Origin: Antechinus flavipes
Lineage: Eukaryota
Reading direction: 5' to 3'
NCBI RefSeq assembly: GCF_016432865.1
Contig: NC_067403.1
Location: forward strand, 254,944,001 to 255,008,000
DNA length: 64,000 bases
Both the position numbers and the translations under genes were made by a program. How positions within the stretch are numbered: position 1 is the stretch's first letter; each line of letters starts with the position of its first letter. This document shows positions 47,937 to 60,219 of the stretch, in pieces. The notes below the pieces were generated by a model, which saw nothing but the letters and a program-made list of their open reading frames with translations, did no database searches and had not been told where the DNA came from.

Positions 47937-50900
47937 GCTACTTAAACACTTTTTTTGAACATATAGAGCCTTTCTCTCTTACTCTGACTTCTTTGGAGTA
48001 GAGGCATAGTAGCTAACTGGCTCCAGGGACATGTGGAGTTTGGTAATTGTTTTGGACATAGTTCCAAATTGCTTTCTCCAGTGATTGGACTCATAATTCA
48101 CAGCTCCACCAACGGGGCGTTAACATGCCTATTTTTCCACAGCCCCTCCAACATTTGTCATTTTCCTCTTTAATTACGTTGCTTCATCTGATAGGGGTGG
48201 GATGGACTTCAAATTTAATTTGTATTTCTCTAATTCTTACTGATGTAGAACATGGTTCTTAATAGCTTGAATTTCTTCCATAGGAAATTGCCCGCTCATA
48301 TCTCTTGATCGCTTACCTATTGAGGAAAGCCCCTCAGTGTTATAAATTTGAATCAGTTCTTGGAAATGAAACGTGTAGCATGATTTTTTCCCTTATTACT
48401 TTCCCCCTTTCTAATCATCACTATATTAAGTTTATGCAAAAAAATTAAATTTGCTATAATTCAAATTGTCCGGTTTATCTTGGGCTATCGTCTCCATCAT
48501 TTGTTTGGTCAGGAAGTCTTTTTGTTTCCATGGGTCCAAGAGGTAGTTTCTTCCTTGTTCATAAGGTGACTGTTAATGTCGAAGTCATGTATTCATTTGG
48601 AGCTTATTTTGGTATATGGTATATGTATACAGTCAGTCAGGGGGACTGGGCTCTGCCCAGGTAAAAGTAATTTCTGCTGTCTAGTTTTCCCAGAATTTTT
48701 TTGATGTGGATGAAATACTTTAATTATTATGGGATTGTGGTGGTCAATGTCTTTTTTTTTTTTAAATAAAGCCTTTTATTTTCAAAACATACGCACGGAT
48801 AATTTTTCACAAGATAATTGATAGCTTGGATTCTTGCTTCAAAAACCGCTTGTTTATATCCTTTGACCATTTATCTATTGGTTGAGAAATAGCTTTTATT
48901 GTTACAAATTTGAATCAATTCCTTTCATATTTTGGAAGTGAGAATTTTAAAACCGCACGGGTAATTTGACAACATTGACCCTTGTATAGCCTCATGTTGC
49001 AGATTTTCTCCTCCTTTCCCCCATTCCCCAGATGGCAAACAATTCAATATATATAAACATATTTATACAATTCTCTTGCTGCACGAGAGAAATCAGATCA
49101 AAAAAAGAAAGTAAATGAGTCAGAAAACAAAATACAAGCAAACAACAAAAAGAGTGAGCATGTTATGTTGTGGTCCACACTCCGTTCCTACAGTCCTCTC
49201 TCTTTCCATTTTTGTAAGATAGTTTCCCCAGTAACTGAGGTCTTTGAGTTTATGACATGATGCTTCTGTGTTTGTTTTCTTTTGTATGTGGTATACTTAA
49301 TCTGTTCTGCTTCATTTTTTTAAACCGATGGCCAATCATTTTAATGTCTACTGCTTTATGTTCCCATAATGCTGTGTTTGAGAACCTGCAATGATAGAAT
49401 CCCTTCCTATTTTTTTCATTATTGCCCTTGAGATTTTTGACTTTTTGTTTCTTCAAACACTTTTTTTCTTTTTAATTTTTTTGATGTGAATTTGGAACAG
49501 CACTGAATAAATTAGTTTAGATAATATTGTCATTTTTATTATGTTGACTCTTCCTACTCATGAGCAATTAATGTTTCTCTATCCAGGCTTCTTCCTTCCT
49601 TCCTTTCTTTCCTCCTCCTTTTTATTTTATGTTTTGAGATCGGGTCTCTTTATCTTGCCCAGGCTGGAAATACAGTGTCCTGATTCCACTTCTGATTGGC
49701 ACACAGACTTTGACCTACTCTGATTTCAACTGGGCTGTTTCACCCCTCCTTAGGCAGCCTGGTGCCCTTCCCCCAACAGTGACTCAACATTTTGTTGCCA
49801 GACTTGAGAAGCACATTTGCCTTAGCCCAGTGCAGCTTAGAACTCCAGAGCTTAAGTGATTTATAAACCTTGATTTCACCAGGAGCAGGATTATACAGCT
49901 GTGTCACCATCCCTGCAGGCCTCTATTTCTGCTAGAAATAGTCTAAGTATTTTCTAAGTATAAAATATTCTCTATTCTATGCTAAGATTTTTTAGAATCT
50001 TTCTATTCTAAGTATTTTATACTTTATAGAATAGAATAAAGAATATACTTTATTCTAAGTATATAAGGTATATAAAATACTTAGATAAAGCATATTCTTT
50101 ATTCTATTCTAAGATTTTTTAGAATCTTTCTATTCTAAGTATTTTATACTTTATAGAATAGAATAAAGAATATACTTTATTCTAAGTATATAAAATACTT
50201 AGATAAAGTATAATCTTTATTCTAGTCTAAGATTTTTTAGAATCTTTCTATTCTAAGTATTTTATACTTTATAGAATAGAATAAAGAATATACTTTATTC
50301 TAAGTATATAAAGTATATAAAATACTTAGATAAAGCATATTCTTTATTCTATTCTAAGATTTTTTTAGAATCTTTCTATTCTAAGTATTTTATACTTTAT
50401 AGAATAGAATAAAGAATATACTTTATTCTAAGTATATAAAGTATATAAAATACTTAGATAAAGCATATTCTTTATTCTATTCTAAGATTTTTTTAGAATC
50501 TTTCTATTCTAAGTATTTTATACTTTATAGAATAGAATAAAGAATATACTTTATTCTAAGTATATAAAGTATATAAAATACTTAGATAAAGTATAGTTTT
50601 TATTCTAGTCTAAGATTTTTTTAGAATCTTTCTATTCTAAGTATTTTATACTTTATAGAATAGAATAAATAATATACTTTATTCTAAGTATATGAAGTAT
50701 ATAAAATACTTAGATAAAGTATAGTCTTTATTCTATTCTAAGATTTTTTTGGAATCTTTCTATTCTAAGTATTTTATAATTTCTATATTTATTTCAAGTG
50801 GATTTCTCTTCCTAGTTCTTCTTGTTATGTTTTGTTGGTTTAATGGATTAGAAAGGTTGTGATTTATTTGGATTTATCTTACAGCCTTCAACTTTGCTGA

Positions 50901-53900
50901 AATTATTCATTATTTAATTTTGGATGATGCTCAAAAATTTTTAGTATCCCATTATATGACTTGCAGAATGATCATTTTGTTCCTTCTTTCCCCGTGCTTG
51001 TTCCCTCAGTTTCTTTTTCTTGCCTTTTTGTTATAGCTATCTATCATTCCTAGCAATAGTGGTGATGCAGGGTGTCCTTGATTTACCTTGATCTGATGGG
51101 AAAGCCCTCTAACTTTACATGTAACATTTGCTGTTGGACTTAAATAATTGCTATTTGCTATTTTAAAGAAAGTCCACTCATTTCTGTGATTTATGCAGAT
51201 TTTTTAATAGAAATAAATGTTGGATTTTGTCAAAAGTCTTTTCAGCCAAATCATAATATTTTCACTTTTAAAAAAATGTTGATTTGTTGTTTTTATAATA
51301 TTTTCACTTTTTAAAAAAACATGTTGATTTGTTGTTTTTTTTCTTTCTCGTGCTTTTTCCCTCTTTTGGTCTGATTTTTCTTGTACAACACGACAAAGAT
51401 GGAACATGTTTAAAACCTATTTATCAGGTTGCTTGCTGTCTTGGGGAGGAGAGAGGTAAGGGAGCAAGGAAGAAACATTTGAAACACAAAATCTTACAAA
51501 ATGAATGTCGAAACATTAAAAGATTATTGAAAAGGCTTTTCAGCATCTCTCGATATAATCGCATTATTTAAAATATATATTATTAAAACGACTGATTCTA
51601 TTTATTATCTTCCTTATGTTGAGCTAACTGCCTTCTTCAGACCAACACAGCCTGATCTTCCTAACGTCTACTGGGGTTCAGTCTCATCGCTCACGATGAA
51701 TACATATAACCTGGGGCACTTAATTCAACTTTTTTTTCCCTTCAAAAAATGAAGGGTTTGGGCCAGATGGTTTGTGGTGCCCCTTCCAGCTTGAGATCAA
51801 TGAGGCTCCTTACCTGTATGCCCTTTGTCAGTAAGGTCAGCTGCAGCCTCAGTTTCCCTGTCTGACAGCCTAACCATTACACTGCTGCAGGATGATTACT
51901 ATTTTTTCTCTTCTTCCTCACCCTTTCCCTCTTCTCTTCCTTCTCTTCCTCTTCCCATCCTTCCTAACTCTTCCTCAGGCAGAGAAAGCTGTGCTGGAGC
52001 AACAGAGCCAAGAGTTAAGAGAGAGACTGGGGGCTTTGGACACGGAAATACGAGGGGCTCGGCGGGAACAGGAGGAGAAGTGGGTCCAGCATCAGGCGCT
52101 GCTAAGGGACCATGAGGCTTTGGGGCGGCTGCAGCAGCGGCAGGAGGCAGAGCTGGAGGGCCTCCTGGGCCGCCATCGGGAGCTGAAGGCCACTTTGAGG
52201 GAGCTGGAGCTGACCCACAAAGAGCTGCAGGGCAGGTGAGCCCAGCCCATTTGCCCTTCCCATCCCCCCACTGGCTCTTCCCATCCCCCTACTGGCCCCA
52301 TCCCATGCCCCCTACTGGCCCCTTCCTATCCCCCTACTGGCCCCTTCCCATCTCCCCACTGGTCCCTTCCCATCCCCCTACTGGCCCCTTCCCATCCCCC
52401 TACTGGCCCCTTCCCATCCCCCTACTGGCCCCTTCCCATCCTCCCACTGGCCCCTTCCCACCCCTGCTCTTCCTCTGCCCTTCTACCTTAAGTCTTAGAA
52501 TGTTAGAGGTGGGAGGCCCTTAGAGACCACCTGAGTGTCCCATGGTGGGGAAAATAAAATCAATCAGCATCTAACAGTTACTCTGTTAGAGTAACTATGG
52601 GTTCTATGGCTCTGCGTAAGCTATTCCCCCTCTGGGCCTCTAGTCAGACTAGACGGCCCTGAACGTCCTTTCCAATATTAAATCTCCATGATCTGAATGT
52701 ACCATCTGGTCTGACCAGCATTTATTATGTGCCTACTGTGTGCAGAGGTAAGGATATACAGTTGTTCAGTTGTTTCAATTGTGTGTGGCTTTGTAACCCC
52801 ATTTGGGGTTCTCTCGGCAGAGATAGAGAACTGGTTGGCCATTTCCTTCTCTGGCTCATTTTACAGATAAGGAAACTGAGGCAAGCAGGGTGAAGGGACT
52901 TGTCCAGGGTCACGCAGCTAAGAAGTTCCTGAGGCAGGATTTGAGTTCAGGGAGATGAGTCCTCCTGGCTCTAGCCCCTCCGTGTATTCTATCCACCCAG
53001 CTGCCCAGGAAGGATATAAAGAATGGACAAACGCCCAGTCCTTTCCCTGGAGGAGCTTACCTTCTATGGGGGATGTCAGCTATCATCTAGTCTACTTTGC
53101 TTAGACAGAGCCCCAGGAGGGCTCTGGGCCCAGATCCCGGTTTGTGCCCCCTTCTCGGGACATCCCCGTTCACACACCTGTCTCCTGTTTCCCCTCCAAC
53201 CCACAGGCACGAGCAGCTGCAGGCCCAAAGGGCACAGGTGGAGGCCCAGGCGGTGGCTCTGCAGGAAGAGCGGGAGAGGCTGGCCCAGGACAGGCTGCAC
53301 CAGCGGGGCCTGGAGGAGGAGCTCCGGCGGCTGCAGAGCGAGCACGAGAGGTGCCAGCCTAGCTGACCCCCGACCCGGCCTCCCTCCATCCCTGCTCCCA
53401 GCCTCCCTGGGCTCCCTGTCCGGAGCCTCTCATTTTCCCCGCAGACGCTGGGCCCGGGTTCTCCTTGTCCTTGCTGGGGCTGCTGGGGGGGAGAGGACAA
53501 GGGGAGCTCCTCCCCACCCGCACCTTCTCCTCACAGGGCCCAGGTGTCTTTGGCTGAGGCCTCCAGGGAGCGCGGGGAGCTCCAGGGCGAACGGGGGGAA
53601 CTGCGGGGCCGGCTGGCAAGGCTGGAGCTAGAGCGGGCACAGCTGGAGGCCCAGGGCCAGGGCCTCCGGGAGGCCAACCAGAGGCTGGACCTCAGTGTCT
53701 GCCGGCTGACCACCCAGTGCCAGGTGGGCTCAGGGCAGCGGGGAAGGTGGGCTGGGGGCATGGCCAAGGGCTGGGGGCATGGCCTCGGGCTGTGCCCTCA
53801 CCTGCGCCATCTGGGCTGGGCTGGGGGCAGCTGCTGACCGAGCTGAGGGCCGCCCAGGAGGAGGAGAATCGGCAGCTACTGGCTGAGGTGCAGGCCCTGA

Positions 53901-56900
53901 GCCGGGAGAACCGAGGCCTCATGGAGCGCAGCCTGGAGAGCCGGGACCACCTGCACCGAGAGCAGCGCGAGTACCTGTGAGGGCCCCCACCTGGGCCGTC
54001 CTGACCCGCTCTCTCCAGCCCCCTGCCTGCTCAGATCCCTCTCATTCCCCTAAGAATAGTGGGGGGAACTCTTAGAAAGCCCTGAGTGCAAATCTGCCCC
54101 CAGAGCCTTACTGTCTGTGTTTGAGCACAGTCCGTCATAACTAACTGCAAGCTACTTCACCTTTCTGGGCCTCAGTTTCCCCCTCTGCAAAAGCAGAATC
54201 TGGGTTCCTTCTAGCTGTCGGTCTGTGATCCTGTGACCCTTCCATCGTCTCTGATCCGGCCCCATTCTGGTCTCCTTGCAGGGACCAGCTCAATGCTCTG
54301 AGACGAGAAAAGCAGAAGTTGGTGGAAAAGATTATGGACCAGTACCGAGTGCTAGAGCCTGGACCCCTACCCCGGACCAAGTGAGTCCTCCCGTCTGACC
54401 TCAACCTTTGCTCCTCTTCTGGCTCCAGGGCCTGCTCTGGACACCCTTGATGCCCTGCAGGCCCCCGGCCAGAGATGCCCCCTAGTCTTAGGCCCTTGAC
54501 CCCCTATTCCCTGTATCCCATCTCTACTCCTTCTTCCTCCCCCCAAGGAAAGGCAGCTGGCTGGCAGACAAAGTCAAAAAGCTGATGAGACACAGGAGGG
54601 AAGGGGGTCTCCATGGAGGACCCCGACCAGGGGCCGAGGGAGCCGGCAGCACTGAGAGCTTGGGAGGCCCCCTGGACGTGGAGCCCCCTGAGGGCAGGGA
54701 AGCCAATGAAACAGGTGGGTCTGGGACTGAGCTGGGACTGGGGCTCATCCTGTGCTGTGTGTACCTTCATCATCGCTCTGTCGGTCCACCATTACCTCCA
54801 ATCTGGGTCTCCTTCCCCGGAAGCCCCATGTCTCCGAATACTGAGAGACTCATATCAGGGAACTGGCCACCCAGGACCTGTGACTCCCCTGGCCCAGGTA
54901 GCCCGGGCTTAGAGACCGGCATCAGAGGCAGGAGTGGTAACAACAATGGTGCTAATTTGCCATTTGGTGAATCACCGATCATTTATCACTATTACTAATA
55001 ATAACCTTGGGATACTTCTCACCTCTGTGGTTTTATGGGCGTAGCTGGTGGGGGACTTCCTCTGGCAATACAGTACTGTTTCTTCTCAGCTTCAGAGCTG
55101 GGGCGCCGAGAAGTTCCGAAACTTGCCTAGGGTAACCGAGTCACTGCGTCAGAAAAGTGACGGGAACCTTGGCCTTCCTGATTCCCAGGCCAGCCGGCGA
55201 TCCAATCTGTTAGCAATAGCGGCGGCAACAGCCTCCAGAGAAATGCTCAGAAGTCAGAGAATAGGGCCAGCTCGCAGAGAAGCCGGCGTGGTTACTGGCT
55301 GGTAAAAGTTATTATATATTATATATTATATATATATACGCACATAATATATAATATATATAATATTATATGTACATTATATATATTATATCTAAAGTTA
55401 TATATACTTTCTTTTTCATCTTCCTTTAATTATTTCTTTTGTTTTTAAATCACTGTCATTTATCAATCTCCCTCCTTCCCCTGTGGAACAAAGGAAGAAG
55501 AAAAAAACCCAATGAGTCCATCCCAACCAATCAACCCTTAACCGTATTTGATAGTGTATGCAGTATTCTGCACCCCCAGTCCCATATTTCTACAAAGGTG
55601 CTTTTCCCTCAGCTCTTCTCTCAGGCCAAACCTTGTACGATGGGAGTTCATGTTGTCTTGTGGGCAGATGAGAGACCAGGGGACTCAGCTCTGAGTTCAG
55701 TTTTGAACGCCATCTCTGATGGGGAAATAACTGGTTGATTATGGTCCTTTTTCTTCCTCTATGAAACATGAGAGATTTGTTTGGGGATAAAGCAAGAAAA
55801 TGGGCGTGAAGGGCTTTGCAGACGTAAAGTACTCTGTAGGTGCTAGCTTTTAACAAAATTGTCGGGTCCAAGAACACGTGCAGCTTTCCACTTTTCCAAA
55901 CACACCGGTTTTTAACAGAAAAGGAAGGAAGGGCGTTCTGATCTCGGCCGTCTGGAGCCAACTTTGCCCGTCGTATTTGGTCAGAATTCTCTTGCCTTTC
56001 GGTGTTGCGTTCATTTTTTATTGTCATCATTAAGTGTATTGCTCTTCAGCTTTCTTCCCTCTGCATTTCCTGTTTTATTGATGTGAGCATTTAGAGGGAG
56101 AAATCTCCCCTTAAGTACTACATTAGCTGTATCCCACAGATTTGGCTATGGCATCTCATTTGTGTCATCATCTTTAATGAAATTATTGATTGTATCGATG
56201 GTTTGTTCTTTGGCCCACCTAGTCTTTAGGATTAAGTAGTTTTGTTTCTAATTAATTTTTAATATACGCTTCAAAGGCCCTTTATTGAATGTAATTTTAT
56301 TACATTATGATCAGAAGAGATGCATTTAATATTTCTGCTTTTATGTGTTTATTTGTGAGTTATAAGCCTAGATCTGTTACCTCCTGGAATATCATATTTT
56401 AAGTTGCTGCGTATATAGAGTTGGCTGCTAAATCTTGGGTGATCCTGACTGTGTCTCTGGGGTACTTGAATTCTTTCTTTCTGGTTTCCAGCAGTATTTT
56501 TTCCCTGAGTTAGGAGTTCTGGATTTTGGCTATATTATTCCTGAGAGATTTTATCTGGGGGTTTCTTTAATGAGGTGATCACTGGATTCTTTTAGTTTCT
56601 GCTTTGTCCTAAGTTCTAAGATATCTAGGCAGCTTTCTTTAATGACTTCTTGAAATATTATGTCGGGGCAGCTAGGTGGTACAATGGGTAGAGCATCAGT
56701 CCTGAAGTCAGAAGGACCTGAGTTCAAATCTGGTCTCAGACACTTATCACTTCCTAGCTGTATGACCCTGGGCAAGTCACTTAACCCTAATTGCCTCAGC
56801 AAAAAAAAAAAAAAAAAAAAATGTTATATCTAAGCTCTTTTTGTTGTTGTTCATAGCTATCAGGTAATCCAATCATTCTTTTTGTTATTGTTGTTCTCCT

Positions 56901-59900
56901 TTTATCTAGTATTTTATTTTATTTTATTTTCACCCAGCTACATGTAAGAACAATTTTTAATATTCATTTTTAAAACTTTGAGTTCCAAATTCTCTTCCTC
57001 TCTCTTTCCTTATCCCCCGCCCCCATTGAAAAGGGAATAATCTAGTGAATCTTAAATTATCTCTCCTCAATCTGTTTTCCAGATCAGTTTTTTTCCTATA
57101 GAATATTTCACATTTTTTCTATTTTTCTAGAATTTTACACTTTATTTTATTGTTTTTTGCTGTCTCATGGAGTCATCAACTTTTACTTGGCAATTCTAAT
57201 TTTTAAGAGTTATTTTCTTCAATGAGATTTTAAAATCTTTCCCAAGCTATTAAATATCTTGTCTTATCTTTTTTTTTCTTATAGGTTTCATTTGGTTTTT
57301 AGGTTTAAAAACAAAAACAAAGACCTCTTGCTTTAACTGTTCTAGGGATTCTTGTTGGACTTTTGATCAGGCTGCAGTTTTCTTTCAGGCTTTGCTAATA
57401 GATGCTTTTAGATCATTCTCTTATTTTGTCCTTGTATACTGAGTTTTCTTATCACCAAAATAATTCTTTATGGTCAAGTTCTTTTTTTGTTTGTTCATCC
57501 TTCCAGTCTATTTTTGATTTTGGACTCTAAATGTGCTGGGCTTTGTGCACTTCTGGGGGAGGAGAGAGTTGATTTGAGCTTCTGTTCTTTTATGCCCTTC
57601 TGCTGCTTTCATAGCTCAGGCTGGGGGCCTGCAAGTTTTCAGGGTGTGATTCAGGAAGAGATCTGTTTGTTGTCCTGCTCTGAGCTAGGCAGATTTCTGA
57701 CCCAGATTTGGGCCTGTTGGCTTGTGTGTGGCTGAGTAGACTGCTACTGGACTTAGTCACTGTTCTGTAGGTTCAGATGACTGAACCACTGGATTTCCTT
57801 TGGTCTTGGTTTCCTGACTTAGTTTATTCCATTGTGGGCTATTGTGCTGGGCTAAAGATTAGAACTCTCTTTCCTCTGTTTTTGTGCTCAGAGCTATGGT
57901 TCTGTAACTTAGTACATGGTGAGAACTCCTGTTTCCTTGTGATGGGGACCACTACTCTCTGCCTTGGATCTATGATCCAGAATTAGATTATGGGTGACAG
58001 CTTCCAGATGGCACCTGTTTATTCTTGTAGTGTTTGTTCAGGGATCCCCTGAAATCTCTTTTTAAAAAATCTTTATTTATTTCACTAAATATTTCCCAAT
58101 TACATGTAAAAAAATTTAACAATCATTTTTTTTTTAATTTGGGTTGAAATCTTTTTCTGCTTTGCTGTCCAATTCTCATGCCCTGTCTTGATCCTCTTTG
58201 TGTCCCTGTGCACTGGAATAATTCCTACTGTTGTTGCCATGAGTGCTTCTGGTCAGCTTCTGTTCTCAGTATCTGGAGCCTTCTTTGTCTCCTTAAACTT
58301 TCCTGAAATGACTTATTATGACTTCTCCTTGACTTTCCCAGTCAGACTTTGGTCTGATGCATTTTCTAGGTCAGCGTGGAAGAAGAGTGCTGGGTGAGCT
58401 AGACAAAAAGACTTTTTCTGTTTCCACCATCTTGATTCTGCCCTTTGTATCAGTTAACCTTGGTCATCTTATGCTTCTCTGAATCCTTTCTATTTTTTAA
58501 TATCCCTTTCTAAAGCAATACTACTTTATGGCATCCATATAATATATTTTGTTCAGCCATTTATTGCCTTTTCAATAGGCACTGATTTTCTTTCTTTTTT
58601 TGTTTTGTTTTGGTTATCCCCCAAAGTGGTGGTAGTTATATTTTGCTTTATATTAGTGTTTTACTGTCTATCTTCAATCAATTTGGAGTAAATGTTCAGT
58701 TGTAGGATCACTGGATCAGGTACAGTATAATTCCAATCAGAAAGTAGTAGATGCCTATTATATGCAAGGCACTATAGTTAGCCAGTGAACATTTATTAGG
58801 CTCCTGTTATATGCTAAGTTCTATACTAAACACTAAGGATACTAGGAAAGGAAAAGGCAAAAACTTTCCTCTAGCTCACAGTCTACTCCTAGACTGCTCT
58901 GGGGATCCAAAGACAAAACACTAAATAGTACCTGCCCTCAAGGGCATATATGCTGTGAGGCCAATGGGCATGAATAATAGTCACTTTTTTAAAGTATATT
59001 TTCAACTTTTTTCCAGAATGATTTGACCAATTCATAGCTCCGCCAGCTCCATATTAAAGTGTGCCTGTCTTTTTACAGTCTCTCCAACATAGACTGTTTT
59101 TATATTTTATCGTCTCGCCAACTTGATGATTTAATTTGCCCTTTTCTTATTATTCATGATTTGAAGCTGTCTTTCTTTTGGTTGTTGATGTATCGCATTT
59201 CTTCTTTTGAAAACTGTTCATCTCCTTTAGCTGTTCATCTATTTAATTCAATTCCATGAATATTTATTAAATACCTAATATGTGCAAAGCACTCTGAAAC
59301 AGTCCTAACCCTTAGAAGCTTAGTTTTACAAGTGAACCCTGAAAATTTGTGTCAATTCCCTGTAAATCTTAGAAGTTCTTGTTATCATCATCCCCATCCT
59401 TATCCTCATCATCCTCACAGGAAGGAACTCCCTGCAAGTGCTCAGTGGAATTGTTTTGAGTGGGGAAGAAGAGCCTTTGGGTGCAGGTACTCAGGCTCCT
59501 GACCCATCTCTTCTCTCTCCTTTTGTCCGGCCCCTGCCTCCCCTGTGATCCTCCTCCTTACCGCTCTGTCTTCTCCTGATCTAGCTTCCCCAGGGCCTAT
59601 GCGCAGGGCCCAGAGCTCTCTCTGCCTCAGGGATGAGACCTTGTCGGGTGGGCAGCGGAGGAGGCTGAGCTCCCGGCTCCCTTTGGTGAGGGGCTCTGAA
59701 TCCTTCAGCCCCGGGGATTCCCCCCGCCAGCGGTTCCGCCAGCGTCGCCCTGGGCCTTTAGGGGCACCCAGCTCTGGAAACAAAGGTGAGATGGCCACAT
59801 TCCTTCCCGGCAGACACCAGCTCTCCATCCAGCTCCTGTTGGGCCCTAGTTTCCCTCTTCCTTGTCCCTGCCTCCCTTTCCCATTTTGGTTTTTACACTT

Positions 59901-60219
59901 ACATCCTTCTGTCCTCTGGCCTCCCCTTCTCCCAACCACACTTTCCTGCCCTTTCAGGATGGGATGGCTCAGATGACATCTTGGAAGGACCAGAGCCTGC
60001 TGCTGACCAAGAGGGTGAGGCGGGCCTGGGAGCTGAGTAGGAGGAGTGCCTGTGAGGCAGAGGGGAGGAGGGAGCCTGGGCTGGGTAAGAGCGTGAGAGG
60101 GGCAGCTGGAGAAACATGGAGCCTCCCAGCCCTGCCCCAGCTCTGTGTCCTCTCCCTCTGTAGGTCATTTGGAGCAGGAGCCCAAGAAGGCTCCCCTTAA
60201 ATCATCCCTCAGCCAGTGA
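34032..60219 (+). CDS. CCDC88B: Coiled-coil domain-containing 88B (Gipie/HkRP3), 27 exons, 1475 aa
   Basis: Exons: 34032-34091, 34305-34444, 34622-34733, 34963-35032, 35141-35199, 35464-35547, 36325-36468, 36748-36893, 37133-37214, 37393-37551, 38066-38212, 38358-38466, 39643-39779, 39881-41032, 44025-44152, 44562-44673, 46591-46722, 46800-46940, 51979-52235, 53207-53350, 53537-53723, 53831-53976, 54282-54380, 54548-54714, 59585-59785, 59958-60014, 60164-60219. All are GT-AG and phase-consistent, summing to 4428 nt. Starts MAGGVGPRLRDFLSGSLATW, contains LNALRREKQKLVEKIMDQY and MRRAQSSLCLRDETL, ends SSLSQ*. Confidence 0.96.
38650..38830. mobile_element. Short non-autonomous DNA transposon (hAT-like MITE, tentative)
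   Basis: Begins AGCTTCTTAAA..., internal GCCTGAGAAATTTTACACGACCC, degenerate ...CAGTT..GAAGC terminus; resembles a recalled marsupial MITE. Confidence 0.4.
39052..39200 (-). mobile_element. WSINE1-like SINE
   Basis: Full SINE body with a T-rich tail. Confidence 0.85.
41300..42490 (-). mobile_element. L1 fragment (ORF2 endonuclease region), CCDC88B intron 14
   Basis: Characteristic reverse-strand L1 text such as GCTGCATCCCACAAATTTT and GATCTGAGATCAGGATGGCTACCCCTGC. Confidence 0.8.
43343..43533 (+). repeat. Interrupted (TAC/CTA)n trinucleotide tract (~190 bp)
   Basis: Directly visible, with periodic CTCT interruptions. Confidence 0.97.
45150..45330 (+). mobile_element. MIR/MAR1-type CORE SINE
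   Basis: CTAGGTGGCTCAG...GCCTCAGTTTCCACATCTGTAAAATGAG. Confidence 0.75.
46025..46590 (+). repeat. ~47-bp minisatellite (about 11 units, 42-61 bp) ending in the CCDC88B exon-17 acceptor
   Basis: Units start at 46065, 46112, 46154, 46201, 46251, 46312, 46359, 46420, 46467, 46514 and 46562. Consensus TGCTGACCCCRTGGGCTGCYCTCCTTGGTCCCCCCTCCTCCCTCCAG. Confidence 0.97.
47405..47527 (-). mobile_element. WSINE1-like SINE
   Basis: SINE body as above. Confidence 0.8.
49636..49913 (-). pseudogene. Near full-length 7SL (SRP RNA) retrocopy
   Basis: Reverse complement contains CACCAGGCTGCCTAAGGAGGGGTGAAACAGCCCAG (7SL S domain), CCAGCCTGGGCAAGATAAAGAGACCCGATCTC (3' Alu domain) and an A-rich tail. Many substitutions, so it is not the functional gene. 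Confidence 0.88.
49965..50790. repeat. AT-rich ~128-bp tandem repeat, about 6.5 copies
   Basis: The GAATCTT anchor recurs near 49994, 50121, 50239, 50367, 50495, 50623 and 50751. Confidence 0.97.
52250..52460 (+). repeat. 22-bp C-rich minisatellite (~9 copies) just after the exon-19 donor
   Basis: CTACTGGCCCCTTCCCATCCCC; period 22 (CTGGCCCC at 52381, 52403, 52425). Confidence 0.95.
52760..53000 (-). mobile_element. MAR1/MIR-type SINE
   Basis: CATTTTACAGATAAGGAAACTGAGGC...GACTTGTCCAGGGTCAC. Confidence 0.8.
55308..55410. repeat. Degenerate (TA)n tract
   Basis: Directly visible. Confidence 0.9.
56040..58450 (-). mobile_element. Old L1 fragments (ORF1/ORF2 5' region), CCDC88B intron 24
   Basis: Reverse-strand L1 text with an ORF1-like remnant (PDIIFQEVIKESCLDILE). 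Confidence 0.7.
56665..56821 (+). mobile_element. WSINE1-like SINE with intact poly(A)
   Basis: GGGGCAGCTAGGTGG...AATTGCCTCAGC followed by A21; degenerate TSD AAATATTATGTC / AAATGTTATATC. Confidence 0.9.

Larger units (their letters stand above)
47560..51720 (-). mobile_element. Fragmented old L1 filling CCDC88B intron 18; hosts the 7SL copy and the AT-rich satellite
   Basis: Collinear reverse-strand L1 ORF2/3' UTR motifs, interrupted by younger inserts. Confidence 0.7.

Noticed and set aside
46025-50790. Regular repeat arrays (47-bp and 128-bp) as CRISPR-like loci
   Set aside because: Units are contiguous with no unique spacers, there are no cas genes, and the context is a mammalian intron.
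56665-56740. tRNA genes at SINE heads
   Set aside because: These are tRNA-derived SINE promoters continuing into SINE bodies; no cloverleaf.
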